Assembly (NCBI RefSeq): GCF_001194135.2
Contig: NC_068986.1
Span: forward strand, 35,116,594 to 35,162,678
DNA length: 46,085 nt
Direction of reading: 5' to 3'
From: Octopus bimaculoides
Taxonomy: Eukaryota
The notes under the pieces: generated by a model
What the model was told of the DNA's origin: nothing
What the model saw: only the letters and a program-made list of their open reading frames with translations
The model's database searches: none
Position numbers and translations under genes: made by a program
Shown: positions 1 through 11,331 of the stretch, piece after piece
Position numbering within the stretch: the stretch's first letter is position 1
Layout of the letters: every line of letters begins with the position of its first letter

Positions 1-214
1 TCTTACTTCCTGTTTCTGTTGTGCCTGTAATTCAAAGGGTCAGCCTTGTAACACTCTGTGTCATGCTGAATATCCCAGAAAACTACGTTAAGGGTACACG
101 TGTCTATGGAGTGCTCAGCCACTTGCACGTTAATTTCACGAGCAGGATGTTCCATTGATTGGATCAACTGGAACCCTCGACGTCGTAATCGACGGAGTAA
201 CAACAACAACAACA
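1..214 (+). mobile_element. 3' part of a tRNA-derived SINE (same family as 13870-14254) with (CAA)n tail
   Basis: Aligns over about 200 nt with the reverse complement of 13870-14065. Confidence 0.85.
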
Positions 215-470
215 TAGATTCATTAGTCACTTGAATAGAAATATAGAATGTCAGATACATGGATATCTGTGAGGAGAATTATCTAATATTAAAATGGCAC
301 TTTTTATTTTCTGAGGGTTTTTTGATTAATTCATAAGATATTTGTCTCTTCATAGTACACTGAAGATCATTCATACTTTAACACCTGTTTTCCATGCTGC
401 CATAAGCTGGACATGTCTGCAATCACTGGCTCGGGAACGAAATTTTCTTAGAGGGTGCAAACCCACGCCC

Positions 471-913
471 CCTGTGCGTGAGAAGACCCGGCAAGCGAAG
501 TGAGAACGTTGCCAGTGCCCCTGGACTGGCTCTTGTGCAGGTGGCACATAAGATGCACCATTTTGAGCGTGACCGTTGCCAGTACCGCCTGACTGGCCTT
601 CGTAGGGTTTTCGAGCGAGATCGTTGCTAGTGCCCCTGGACTGGTTCTTGTGCGGGTGGCACATAAAAGACACCATTTCGAGCGTGGCCGTTGCCATTAC
701 CGCCTGACTGGCCTTTGTGCAGGTGACATGTAAAAGCACCCACTACACTCTCTGAGTGGTTGGCGTTAGGAAGGGCATCCAGCTGTAGAAACTCTGCCAA
801 ATTAGATTGGAGCCTGGTGTTGCCATCCGGTTTCACCAGTCCTCAGTCAAATCGTCCAACCCATGCTAGCATGGAAAGCGGACGTTAAACGATGATGATG
901 ATGATGATGATGA
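471..913 (+). mobile_element. 5'-truncated RTE LINE (last ORF2 codons, 3'UTR subrepeats, (GAT)n tail)
   Basis: Starts ctgtgcgtgagaagacccggcaagcgaagtga (=VREKTRQAK*), as at 9510-9542 and 32300-32340. Ends ccatgctagcatgg...gttaaac(gat)n. Confidence 0.85.
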
Positions 914-1966
914 AGGCCATTTTTAAAAAATTTATTTATGTTCTTTGAGAAGAAACTTAATTCAAGCTACTTTTTGCAGATCACTTTTTACTTAAATTTA
1001 CTAAAATTGCATTGGTTAAATCTACTAACATATTTTATAGTTTCTAAAAGTCATTAACAAAATTGCTACAATCATCACATTATTATTTAGAGTTGTTTAC
1101 AAATTCCAACAAAAGTAAGGTTTAACTGTAATAAGTTTTGGCATTCAGTTTGCTTTTGTTTTCTCTTTAAACAGGAGAGGTAGTGACAGTGTTTTGTCTA
1201 CTATTCTACTTTACTTGTTTCTATCACCTTCACCTAAATTCAGCCAGATAAACAACATCAATATAACATTCAGAGTTTTAAGAAGTCTTTTCATGTGTTT
1301 CCTAACATAAACAGACTTAAAATGCTCCACAGCCTACTAACTCTTCTCTAGACTGTAAATAACAGCTTAGTGAAAATATTTAGATAAACTATGACAAAAG
1401 CCATATATTTCTAAATGAATAAAAGCAACCTAGCCAACTGAATACCTAACAACTGTCAACTTTAAGGCACCTGTTATAGGTAGATAAATGTGTGACAGCT
1501 GGATTAGGAAGAAATTACACATGACAAATTAGTCACAAATTAATGGGAAATTTTTCTCAAATCTATCCAGAAAATATTTGTTTTATAAAATTTAGATTTT
1601 ATTTATGAATAAATTTAATTTTTCATCCCTTCCTAATAACTGAAAATCTAAATTTCTTCCAATTACTACAAACTTATTTCTTATAATGAACTGCCATAAG
1701 ATGAATTATATTAATCAAGACAAAAAGTGATAAACTCTGTTGAAGACAATTTCTATAGTTAACTTTTGTGTGATTAAGGATAATTTATCCTTCACTTCAG
1801 CTTCTTATTGATGCAAAGTTTCCTTTAATTTTATTGTAGAAAACAAGAACCAGAACATTAAACAGCTTTACCTTCAGCCATTTAGGACTATATTTTCCAC
1901 AAATATTGTTACAATATATTATATTTCTGTTGCAATTTATATATCATAAGATATATAAATTACAAC

Positions 1967-2340
1967 ATGCCAGTGACATGTAAAATGGACGATTCAAATA
2001 TGGTCGATGTTAGTGCCACATGACTGGCACCTGTGCTGGTGGTATGTTAACAGCACCATTTGAGCGCGGCCAATGCCATGCTGCTTGACTGGCACCTGTG
2101 CCAGTGGCACATAAAAAGCTCCATTTGAGCATGGCTGATGCCAGTGCCACCTGACTGGCTCCCGTGCAGGTGGCATGTAAAAAACACCCACTACACTCTT
2201 GGAGTGGTTGGTGTTAGGAAGGGCATCTTGCTGAAGAAACCTTGCCAAATCAGATTCGAGCCTGGTGCAGCCTCCTGGCTTGCCAGTCCTCATTCCAACC
2301 CATGCCAGAATGGAAAGCAGACGTTAAACGATGACGATGA
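1967..2340 (+). mobile_element. Older RTE 3'UTR copy
   Basis: Three diverged ~65-bp subrepeats plus the terminal module and a GAT tail. Confidence 0.75.
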
Positions 2341-2407
2341 ACATAACCTAGAATCTTTAACTACCATCTATCATTTAACAGCGGTTACAAGTACAATCCC
2401 TAGCTCA

Positions 2408-2444
<37 letters not shown>

Positions 2445-3196
2445 ATAAGTTACATCTCATACATATATGAGATACACACACACACAGATGGATGGATAGA
2501 CAAATGAATATTGTCTGAAGACAACTGAAGAAAGCCGACTGAGACATTGTCAGCATCAATGATAATGAATAAACCAGATAGGGAAAATAGACAACCAAAC
2601 AGACATCAGTGTAGAAAATACTTATAAATAAACATAACTACTATAGTAATAGCTAGAAGTTTGTCAACAGGTACTTCATACAGTCCTAAATACATATTTC
2701 TGAAAAGGCTATTTTTACTTCACAATAAAGGATTCCCACATTATCACAATACTGGTTTTCAATAACATTATCAAATTTTGGGTTTTACTTAATATCTTAT
2801 TAATGTGTCTGTTTAAACATAACTATATAGAACAAATAAAGGTACATCTTTAACTTAAAAGATGAAAATTAAATTACATATAGCTTCAAAATATAGTTAC
2901 ACACACACACAGAATCACCTACAGAATTATGTGCAGATTTACAAGTCCTACAAAATCATAAAACAAGCAAATGTTGTTAATATTTAATGCAGTTTAGAAA
3001 TGGGTTTCTGGATGTTGGTTCTCAGTTGAAAGTAGAAGGTAGGTATATCTAAAATTTGGCATGCCGTTTATGTATACAAGCATGACCCTTTTGTAAATTA
3101 TTTTTTTGCAGAAGTCAGAAAAAATCCTAAAAGCATTTGTGGATTTTGAGACACTTATATATTCCAACAAGTTTTTGTTTATTTTGTTAATTTATA

Positions 3197-3537
3197 GGTG
3201 GGTGGGGGGACATCGAAAGAGGTCTTAGTGAGTAGCATCCCTGCCTTCCTGGGCTAGTTTTCCACCACATCTCTTAAAAATCATGGTAGAGGCCTTGGTC
3301 TCAGGACCACTCATGTCTGGAAACTGAGGTTGGAAGTAAGCAAGGGGATGCTCCCCATAAAGAAATCCAGTTCCAAAAAGGCTTCATGATAGCAATGGAG
3401 AATGGGCACCAACCAGCCCAAAGGTTGGGGTGACCTGCACCTGCCTGCCTCAGTTGCTATGGCATTGAGGTAGATCTGACCACACCCATTAACAGGGACA
3501 AAACCCGGATTTAAAACACTGGATGATGATGATGATG
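3197..3537 (+). mobile_element. Unclassified retroposon-like fragment with (GAT)n tail
   Basis: GC-richer than its flanks, contains ggaagtaagcaaggggatgctcccc resembling the aggaagggcatcc block, ends ttaaaacactg(gat)5. Confidence 0.35.
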
Positions 3538-3575
3538 CTTGTTTTACATGAATGCTTAAATGAATATGAGTGGCT

Positions 3576-3636
3576 TTCATTGGATCAACTGGAACACTCG
3601 TCGTCGTAACTGACGGAATGCCAGTAGCAGTAGTAG
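3576..3636 (+). mobile_element. Short 3' fragment of the same Arg-type SINE
   Basis: ttcattggatcaactggaacactcgtcgtcgtaactgacgga matches positions 143-197. Confidence 0.7.
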
Positions 3637-3697
3637 CAAGAATACGACAGAAGCAGAAAAATAAATAAATAACTAAAATAAAATAAACAGTACTTAC

Positions 3698-3738
3698 CGT
3701 ATCATAACATACATTATCTTTATTCCAAGGATAAGGCA
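3698..3738 (-). CDS. AMFR: AMFR coding exon 5 (41 nt, CLILGIKIMYVMI-R, ends phase 2)
   Basis: Strong acceptor ttgttctttttcag| and donor CG|GTAAGT. Aligns to AMFR SLLVTVRTAHVILR. The gene continues beyond the left edge. Confidence 0.9.
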
Positions 3739-4470
3739 CTGAAAAAGAACAAAAAATATAGTAAAGTTATTAATTAATTATTAAGGTTTTAATGTAAATT
3801 ATCTTAAGTATCGTAGGCACAAATTAGAGACATGGGTTCAATCCCACTGTGTGTTAACTTAAAGATGGTGACCAAATCCCTGTGAATGGATATGGCTGAA
3901 AGAAACTTAAAGAAGCCCATTTCACTCATACATACATACAAATGTGTGTGTGTGTGTGTGTGTGTGTCAATTCAAATAAACAAACAATTAATAAAAAAAA
4001 TGAAAAAAATGAATGTGAGGACATGCACAAGAAGTGTATTAGCTTGATGCTTGGTGAAAGGAGAGAGTTTGATGTTTCGAGCATAGCTCATCATTGGAAA
4101 GGAGAAAGGGAAAAGTCCAAAGACCCAGCTCAAAACTTGCCAGTTTACCCACATTTCAAAACTAGCTGAGAGGGGTTAAATTGCTGCCTACCTTTCTTAT
4201 TTACCTTCTAGTTCAAGTAATAACCAAAGGTAGTGATGGTTTCAGATAGAAAATGATCCAACTTCAGCATTTTCAGCTGTTTTCATCATGCACCTTCAGG
4301 AAGGGAGCAGAAAGGCTTAGCCTTGCAATGATCTCTAAATATTGTACAAAGTTATTTTATCTCATAATCTGGTATCTAAGAAGTGCTTATCTTACTGAAG
4401 TCCAACATGTGGAAGAAAAAGAGTAATATTGTAAGAACTCAAAAATTATATATGACATCTAAGAAAAATA

Positions 4471-4527
4471 CTTGATGAAGATATAAAATCTTGATGAAGA
4501 TATAAAATCTTGATGAAGATATAAAAA
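4471..4527. repeat. Tandem repeat, 3 x 19 bp (CTTGATGAAGATATAAAAT)
   Basis: Read directly. The third unit has one substitution. Confidence 0.95.
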
Positions 4528-4536
4528 TATACAAAC

Positions 4537-4689
4537 CTCTGCTGCCATAAATGCAAATATGGTAAATCCAGCTTGCATTGCAACAAATCCTGAGATAACA
4601 AGCAGACCCATGCAAGAACAGAAAATCACACCAAGAAGAGAAAGCAGCTTGACATGAACCCATCGAGCAGTACCAGGAGAGAACGAGAG
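4537..4689 (-). CDS. AMFR: AMFR coding exon 4 (153 nt, LSFSPGTARWVHVKLLSLL...FAFMAAE)
   Basis: Acceptor tttaatttcag|, donor GAG|GTTTGT. Matches AMFR LSFSPTT...VLSLL...LAFMAAE. Confidence 0.95.
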
Positions 4690-4792
4690 CTGAAATTAAA
4701 AGAAAAGAAATATAATATAATTAATACATATATGTAAACATATATAAAGTTGGTGTAGATGTCTGTGGACACACACATGAAATGAGTGTATA

Positions 4793-5125
4793 ATGTGCGG
4801 TGCGTGAGAAGACCCGGCAAGCCAAGTAAGATCGTTGCCAGTGCCCCTGGACTGGCTTGTGCGGGTGGCACATAAACGACACCATTTCGAGCGTGGCCGT
4901 TGCCAGTATCGCCTGACTGGCCTTCGTGCAGNNNNNNNNNNGTGACACGTAAAAGCACCTACTACACTCTCTGAGTGGTTGGCGTTAGGAAGGGCATCCA
5001 GCTGTAGAAACTCTGCCAAATTTAGATTGGAGCCTGGTGTTGCCATCTGGTTTCACCAGTCCTCAGTCAAATCGTCCAACCCATGCTAGCATGGAAAGCA
5101 GACATTAAACGATGATGATGATGAT
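4793..5125 (+). mobile_element. 5'-truncated RTE LINE 3' end
   Basis: Near-identical to 471-913 but with two subrepeats. Contains a 10-N gap. Confidence 0.85.
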
Positions 5126-6173
5126 ATAGATACATTCTAAAATGAATCAATCAAATACAGTTTTATAATTTGAAAGTTGTGACTTTCCCCTTTCTGTACG
5201 TAGAACAATATATTAAAAAAAACCCACCAGTTCGAACTGTCTGAGGGAAGGGTTAGTGTGTCGATAGGCAAAGTAAACAAAATAAACTGCAACTATTGTT
5301 CCAGTCGGTTGAGGTGGATCCTACCCTTATACTTTCATGGTTAACTAGTCTGGTATGTTGCCAAACAGTGAGGAGTCAGGTTGGGAGACACAGGCAGTTG
5401 CTATCTGTAATCAGTTATACATCTATTTTCCAAAACTAAAATTGCTTATTACAAAAGGTACATATTTTCTTCTTAACGTTAACCAGTTGATTCATTTCAA
5501 TATAAGACACTTCTCTGAAAACACACTCTTTGCATTTAGTGAATCTCTTAATTGCTGTTTAACTGCAAGTTATCCTGTTTGTTCTGATTTAATAAACTTA
5601 TGACCAAAGGATATAACTGTCCCATCTTTTATCCAGGCATTGTATCTTGAATTATGTTATTCAATGTGTCCTTCCTTTTCTCAAAACAACAGAAGGTAGA
5701 TTGAGGGTGATTTTCCTGCTATGTTTAACAAAAAGTTATTTCATAAAAAAGGATACTATTGTCAACTAAACCGACTACATAGGTTATAGCTACTTGCTAC
5801 CTCTAATTGGATCTGGAGCCAGAACTAAGGAATGCCAAACTTGATAAAGTATTTCAAGAGGCTTGCTTCTTCATAAGCAACCTGCACTGCTCTTGCGAAT
5901 TGGATACTTCCATCGCACTACCCAAAATTGAAAGTAAAAAATATTTTGAATACAATAAACAAGTGTGTCAATTTTGGAAACAGCCTAAGTAATCAATGTA
6001 TTAATGAAGGTATGTCAAATGTGCTAATTAAACCACATTATGTCAATATGTCAAATAGAGTAAAATAAAATGCTGATCATGTATTTTGGGCAATAACTCA
6101 GAAATAAGAGCTAAATTCCATTGAAATCAAACAACGCTATTTCAACAAAAAAGATGATATTGGATAACAGAGT

Positions 6174-6345
6174 CTTTTCTACTCTAGGCACAAGGCCTGA
6201 AATTTGGGGGAAGGGGCCAGGTGAGTTGATTAGATCCACCTACGTATGCAACTGGTACTTAATTTATCGACCCTGAAAAGATGAAAGGCAAAGTCGACCT
6301 CAGCAGAATTTGAACTCAGAACATAGAGACAGATGAAATACTGCT
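6174..6345 (-). mobile_element. tRNA-derived SINE with GTCGACTTTGCCTTTCATC...GGGTCGATAAATTAAGTACCAG core
   Basis: B-box-like ctgagttcaaattc on the minus strand. The core resembles a widely shared metazoan SINE domain (recall; superfamily name not asserted). Decayed relatives lie near 17400-17520, 22240-22380, 28420-28560 and 32425-32525. Confidence 0.75.
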
Positions 6346-8387
6346 ATTTGGATAACACAAATTGACACATACTATGATTGAAAAAGAAAAACAGAATGGT
6401 TACTACTGATACACTTTTTATCATGGGTCTGCTCTTACAAAGTTGACCTGGGGATTCAAAAAATACATTATTAATCAATAGCTAAAAATAGTTCTAATGG
6501 CAACACAAATCTGTTTTCAGATAAGGAGTGTGGTTAACAGAGACTAAGAAGGTAGTTTTTCTTTTTTCTTTTATTCTGATAAGCTATAATTCTTGAATAA
6601 TAAAGGAATAACCAGAAACATTTTCAGCCATTAAATGACATCAATAGAGCAGATGAGAATCAAATGGTATGATATTTTTATATTAAAACAAAACACTGAA
6701 TGCGTAAGATAGTTGATGACACTGACAGAAAATATTGATTTCTAATAGTGGTACAAAGGTACAAAATTATGGGGAAGGGCACAGTCATTTACATTGGCTT
6801 TGCATCGAAAGCAAAATCAATCCCAAAGGGAGATCATACAGACAATACACAGGGACATAAAAATACTTCAGGGATTTCAATGGTAAATAATTGAAAAGAT
6901 TGAAAAGATGAAATAAAAATATATCACGGGATATAAAAACAGGTGAATGTCACAGAATACATTAAAATAAGTAAAGCATTAAAACTGAATTGTGGTTTTG
7001 ATATTAAGAAGTAGTTTATTTTGGTTTTGTATTTGGTTTGCAAAGGATTCTTGTTGTGGACTCGTTTGTTGAAACAGATTTTGCTCTATCTTGAGAAGGT
7101 CGTTATGTAAATAATAACCAATGATTAATCAAACAACTGATTAGTTAAATAGTTAGCCAACTGACGAATAATAAAGAAATGAAATAGAACCAGCGTGTGT
7201 GTGTGTGTGGTACGTATGTTCCTTATGGATTCGAAAACTGAATTGCCAATTTTGACAAATGAGTTATCAAAAGATTCAGTAATCATGTGGCTACCAAATG
7301 AAGTATGCTTTTTTGCATAACAGCTCTTTTTTACTACAAAAATAACCTCGAAAATGAAGTTGGGTTGCACAATTTTGAGGTCATTTTCACGCAATATTTG
7401 GATTTGCTTCCAATCTACATCGCCAATTTTAATGTTTTTGGTGTAAAAAATGCAGCAATGTACAAGGAATGTTATGAGTGCATTTGTGATGCACAAAACC
7501 CTATTTGTCAATGGAAAATGACCAAAAAAACATGCTTTTTTGGAACAATTATTGGAACATTTTCTGCCAATAATGGCCTCTGTGCCACAACTAAACTGCC
7601 AATGTGAACGTCTTAAGTATCCCATGATTAAACAATGTCTTTGAAGTATTGCGATACCATTTCTTTGTACAAAGCCCTATTTTTCGACAGAAACTTTACT
7701 AATGAACCATGTTCTGGCATAATTGTGATCAGTTCTGGCATTACTACCGAAAACAATTTGTCCGTGTAGATTTTCTTGGCAGTAAACGACTCGGGAATGC
7801 CAAAGGAGTGTTCTCAGGTTTAAATTCAATAAAATTTCCCCAAGGATTCACAGTAAAAGCCTTTATTCGTTCAAGTGTGATAAAGACATGAAGCAACAAC
7901 TAAAACCTTTTGAGTTTTTTGCCTTTAACATTTTTCTCTTTACTCAACACAATTTATGCAAAGTCGCTTATTGTTATTAGTATATATACATGCCTATTAT
8001 TCATTCCATAAGCTGCAACGTTCATAAGGATTTTGCTACAATCTCCCTATTTTCTTACAGTGGTTGAGCGTGTACTATGACACGGGTGGTGCAATGGAAA
8101 ACAAATGTCTGACCTGATAACCTCAGTGAAGACAACAACAACACCAGGCATGTATGTGACGGCAAATTAAGGTCACATACATATGAGTCTGCCCACAATG
8201 CATGTCCTTTCATTGGTTGGGATGCACACCATGTTCACTGATTGGTACAATTTCAAATCAATTTTTCCTTATCAAAGACATGTACTGCAATACCAACAGG
8301 TCATGGTGTTATTGTTATCAATGACTCAGGCAATGCTGAAGTGAATTGAGTGTGGTGCGTACATTCCACTTGAACTTGGAAATTGAG

Positions 8388-8393
8388 TGTGTG

Positions 8394-8450
<57 letters not shown>
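8388..8450. repeat. (TG)/(TA)n microsatellite abutting a gap
   Basis: Read directly. Similar tracts lie at 2408-2441, 19715-19741, 35820-35852, 40093-40120, 41828-42095 and 43490-43900. Confidence 0.95.
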
Positions 8451-8660
8451 NNNNNNNNNNNNNNNNNNNNNNNNNNNNNNNNNNNNNNNNNNNNNNNNNN
8501 NNNNNNNNNNNNNNNNNNNNNNNNNNNNNNNNNNNNNNNNNNNNNNNNNNNNNNNNNNNNNNNNNNNNNNNNNNNNNNNNNNNNNNNNNNNNNNNNNNNN
8601 NNNNNNNNNNNNNNNNNNNNNNNNNNNNNNNNNNNNNNNNNNNNNNNNNNNNNNNNNNNN
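8451..8660. other. Assembly gap (210 N)
   Basis: N run. Ten-N gaps also occur at 4932-4941 and 35182-35191. Confidence 1.
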
Positions 8661-8671
8661 TATATATAGCC

Positions 8672-8941
8672 AAATGTTGTTCTTGAGGAGAGTCATCAAA
8701 CCAAGTGAAATCGTAGTTGTGGCCGTTGCCAGTGTCATATATAAATGGCAACCAATCCAGTGGCACGTAAAAAGCACCCGTTACACTCTTGGAGTGGTTG
8801 GCATTAGGAAAGGCATCCAACCATAGAAACCATGCCAAATCAGACTGGAACCTGGTGCAGCTCTCCGGCCTGTCAGTTCCAGTCAAACCGTCTAACCCAT
8901 GCCTTCATGGAGAGCGGACGTTAAATGTTGATGATGATGAT
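8672..8941 (+). mobile_element. Diverged RTE 3' end
   Basis: Begins with an ORF2-end-like ttcttgaggagagtcatcaaaccaagtga, followed by the terminal module and GAT tail. Confidence 0.75.
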
Positions 8942-8971
8942 CTATATCATCATCATCGTTTAACGTCCGCT

Positions 8972-9827
8972 TTCCATTACCTAGGTGACCAAGTCAGTAG
9001 CAGAGGTGGATGCTCTGAGAGTGTAGCTGCTAGAATAAGAATAGTCTGAGCAAAATTCAGAGAGCTCCTGCCTCTGCTGGTGACAAAGGGCCTCTCACTC
9101 AGAGTAAAAGGTAGACTGCATGACGTACATGTGCGAACAGCCATGCTACATGGTAGTGAAACATGGGCCGTGACTGCTGAGGACGTGTAAGCTTGCAAGG
9201 AATGAAGCTAGTTTGCTCCGCTGGATGTGTAATGTCAGTGTGCATACTAGACAGAGTGTAAGTGCCCTGAGAAAAAAGTTGGACATAAGAAGCATCAGAT
9301 GTGGTGTGCAAGAGAGATGACTGTGGTGGTATGGTCATGTGTTGTGTATGGATGAGGACAGCTGTGTGGAAAAGTCTCACACCCTAGCAGTAGAGGGAAC
9401 CTGTAGAAGAGGCAGACAAAGGAAGACCTGGGATGAGGTGGCGAAGCACAACCTTCGAATATTGGGCCTCACCGAGGCAATGACAAGTGACCGAGACCTT
9501 TGGAGATATGCTGTGCTTCATAAGACCTGGCAAGCCAAGTGAGACTGTAACCATGGCCTATGCTAGTGCAGCATAACCAGCCCACTTAAGAGTACCCTTC
9601 AAACATTGGGCAATAAACTGCGCTTGCAAAGACCTGTTGAGGCAAGTGAGATTGTTGTCATGGCCGATGACAGTACCACCTGATTGGCACCCATGCCAGT
9701 GGCACGTAAAAAGCACCATTTGAGCGTGGTCAATGCCAGTGCTGGCTGACAGGTCCCATGCTAGTGGCATATAAAAGTACCATTCGAGCGTGGTCAATGC
9801 CAGTGCAGCCTGACTGGCCCTTGTGCC
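8972..9827 (+). mobile_element. RTE LINE ORF2 C-terminal relic plus partial 3'UTR, lacking the terminal module
   Basis: Translates FHYLGDQV...ARIRIV*AKFRELLPLL...LSLRVKGRL...AMLHGSETW...LRWM...WYGHV...GRQRKTWDEV...KTWQAK*, typical RTE-clade motifs. Two internal stops and one frameshift near 9188. Confidence 0.92.
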
Positions 9828-11331
9828 ATGAAGTACTCTAGGTTGACTAGAAATTAATCAAAATATTAGGGCAAATAAGATGTTACTTTTTCTTTTAGTG
9901 CTGAACAGGATGAAATATGTGTAAAAAAAAATGTCTATTGTGCAAATGCAATTGATATGAATTGGTAGAGCTAACCTATATGCATTAATACGTGACAGTT
10001 TCTGGTAATTAGATAAATATGCTGAAAACTAATGTATTCAGATACAGTTTCTACTCTAGATTCAGATATCAGATTAAAATATATTTTAGAAATTTGAGTA
10101 AGCATTATTCTAAAGGGTCAAATGGGGAAACATGTAGCTCTTTTACTTCAAGCATTCTAATAAAATTAAAACAAAAAAACTTTCAAACTTAGTAACACTT
10201 AATATCTCCACAGAACAATGAACTGCTTATTTCATGATAAAAAAAAAACACTGGCATTAACAATTCATTACAACAAGAACTAAAATGCTAAACTTTGTTT
10301 TCTGCTGTCATAATATAATCTCTATTTTCTGTGGTAATGGGAACCCATTTAAACTTTTTCCTTTCTAACCAAATCAGAATTCATATTCATTCTACAATGA
10401 ATAACTGAGTGTTTAAAGTTAACCTTTTGAATGAAAGCATCAAGAATTTGATTCCTATACACTGAAGTTTTGTCTCACTTACTGGAGCAACAGGCCTAAT
10501 AGAAACAGAACAGGAATGATTAAGACTAAGAGGTGAAATACCAAACCAAAGGGAATGCGAGTCGGTCATTCATGATGCTCAGATCGGTCAATTTCACAAA
10601 AAAAGAACAACAAAATTTATGACAGTATTCTATAAGAAAACATCAGGCATTTCCCTTACAAAAATCAACAAAATCTGTTCCCCAACAATTCTGGAAAAGT
10701 CATCCAACATGTTGAGCTACTGAGGAATGGGATGTTGTACAACCAAAGAAAACATGAAATTGTATACATTTTCTACCCAGATAAAATTACAGTTTCTAAC
10801 CCACCATTGAATCATAACCATAGCACCACCATGTTACTAAGGAAACCAGAAGACAACAGACATTTATATTAGGGACCTTCACAAATTCAGAAAACTAATA
10901 CTGAGCCATTTTAAACCGAGAACGCCACATCTTAGTTATTTACAATAATAAAATCAATTACATTCAATATCCAATGTATAATACTACATCAACTTCCTTT
11001 TTAAGTAAGCCTTTAATAGATCATTAAGTCTTGTGTGGAGATCTACATTACAATGGGTTGATTCATCTATCAGCACAACTACAGTGAAATGTATATAGAT
11101 ATTGTTAATGTCAGTTATGAAAACAAAATAAATGTTTGTCTGCATTATAATACTGTAAGTAGCTGACCTACATCTATGACCATTAGGTATGTTTTACTTC
11201 CTATTAAAAACTTGTATACTATTGAGCTTTAGTGATGCCATTTGTGGAAGATCTAGCTGAAAATCTCGAAGCAGCTTGCTCAAAATATCTCTAAAATGTT
11301 TCACCCTTTTTTTGCTTATATATTTAGTTAA

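Noticed and set aside
498-740. Periodic GTTGCCAGT...GACTGG units as a CRISPR-like array
   Set aside because: Eukaryotic context, the spacers are homologous to each other, and the units sit directly behind an RTE ORF2 stop.
371-836. Recurrent peptides such as LQLDALPNANHSESVVGAF, MPVPPDWL and ATATLEMVSF in many ORFs
   Set aside because: Translations of the non-coding RTE 3'UTR copies, not a gene family.
1-3697. Search for AMFR exon 6 (expected Y.IHLWD...HH.HML-like)
   Set aside because: No matching frame or splice pair found; presumably left of the window.
8301-8886. Long ORFs spanning N runs (also 31547-32496 and 39153-39963)
   Set aside because: Artefacts of X codons and (TA)n tracts.
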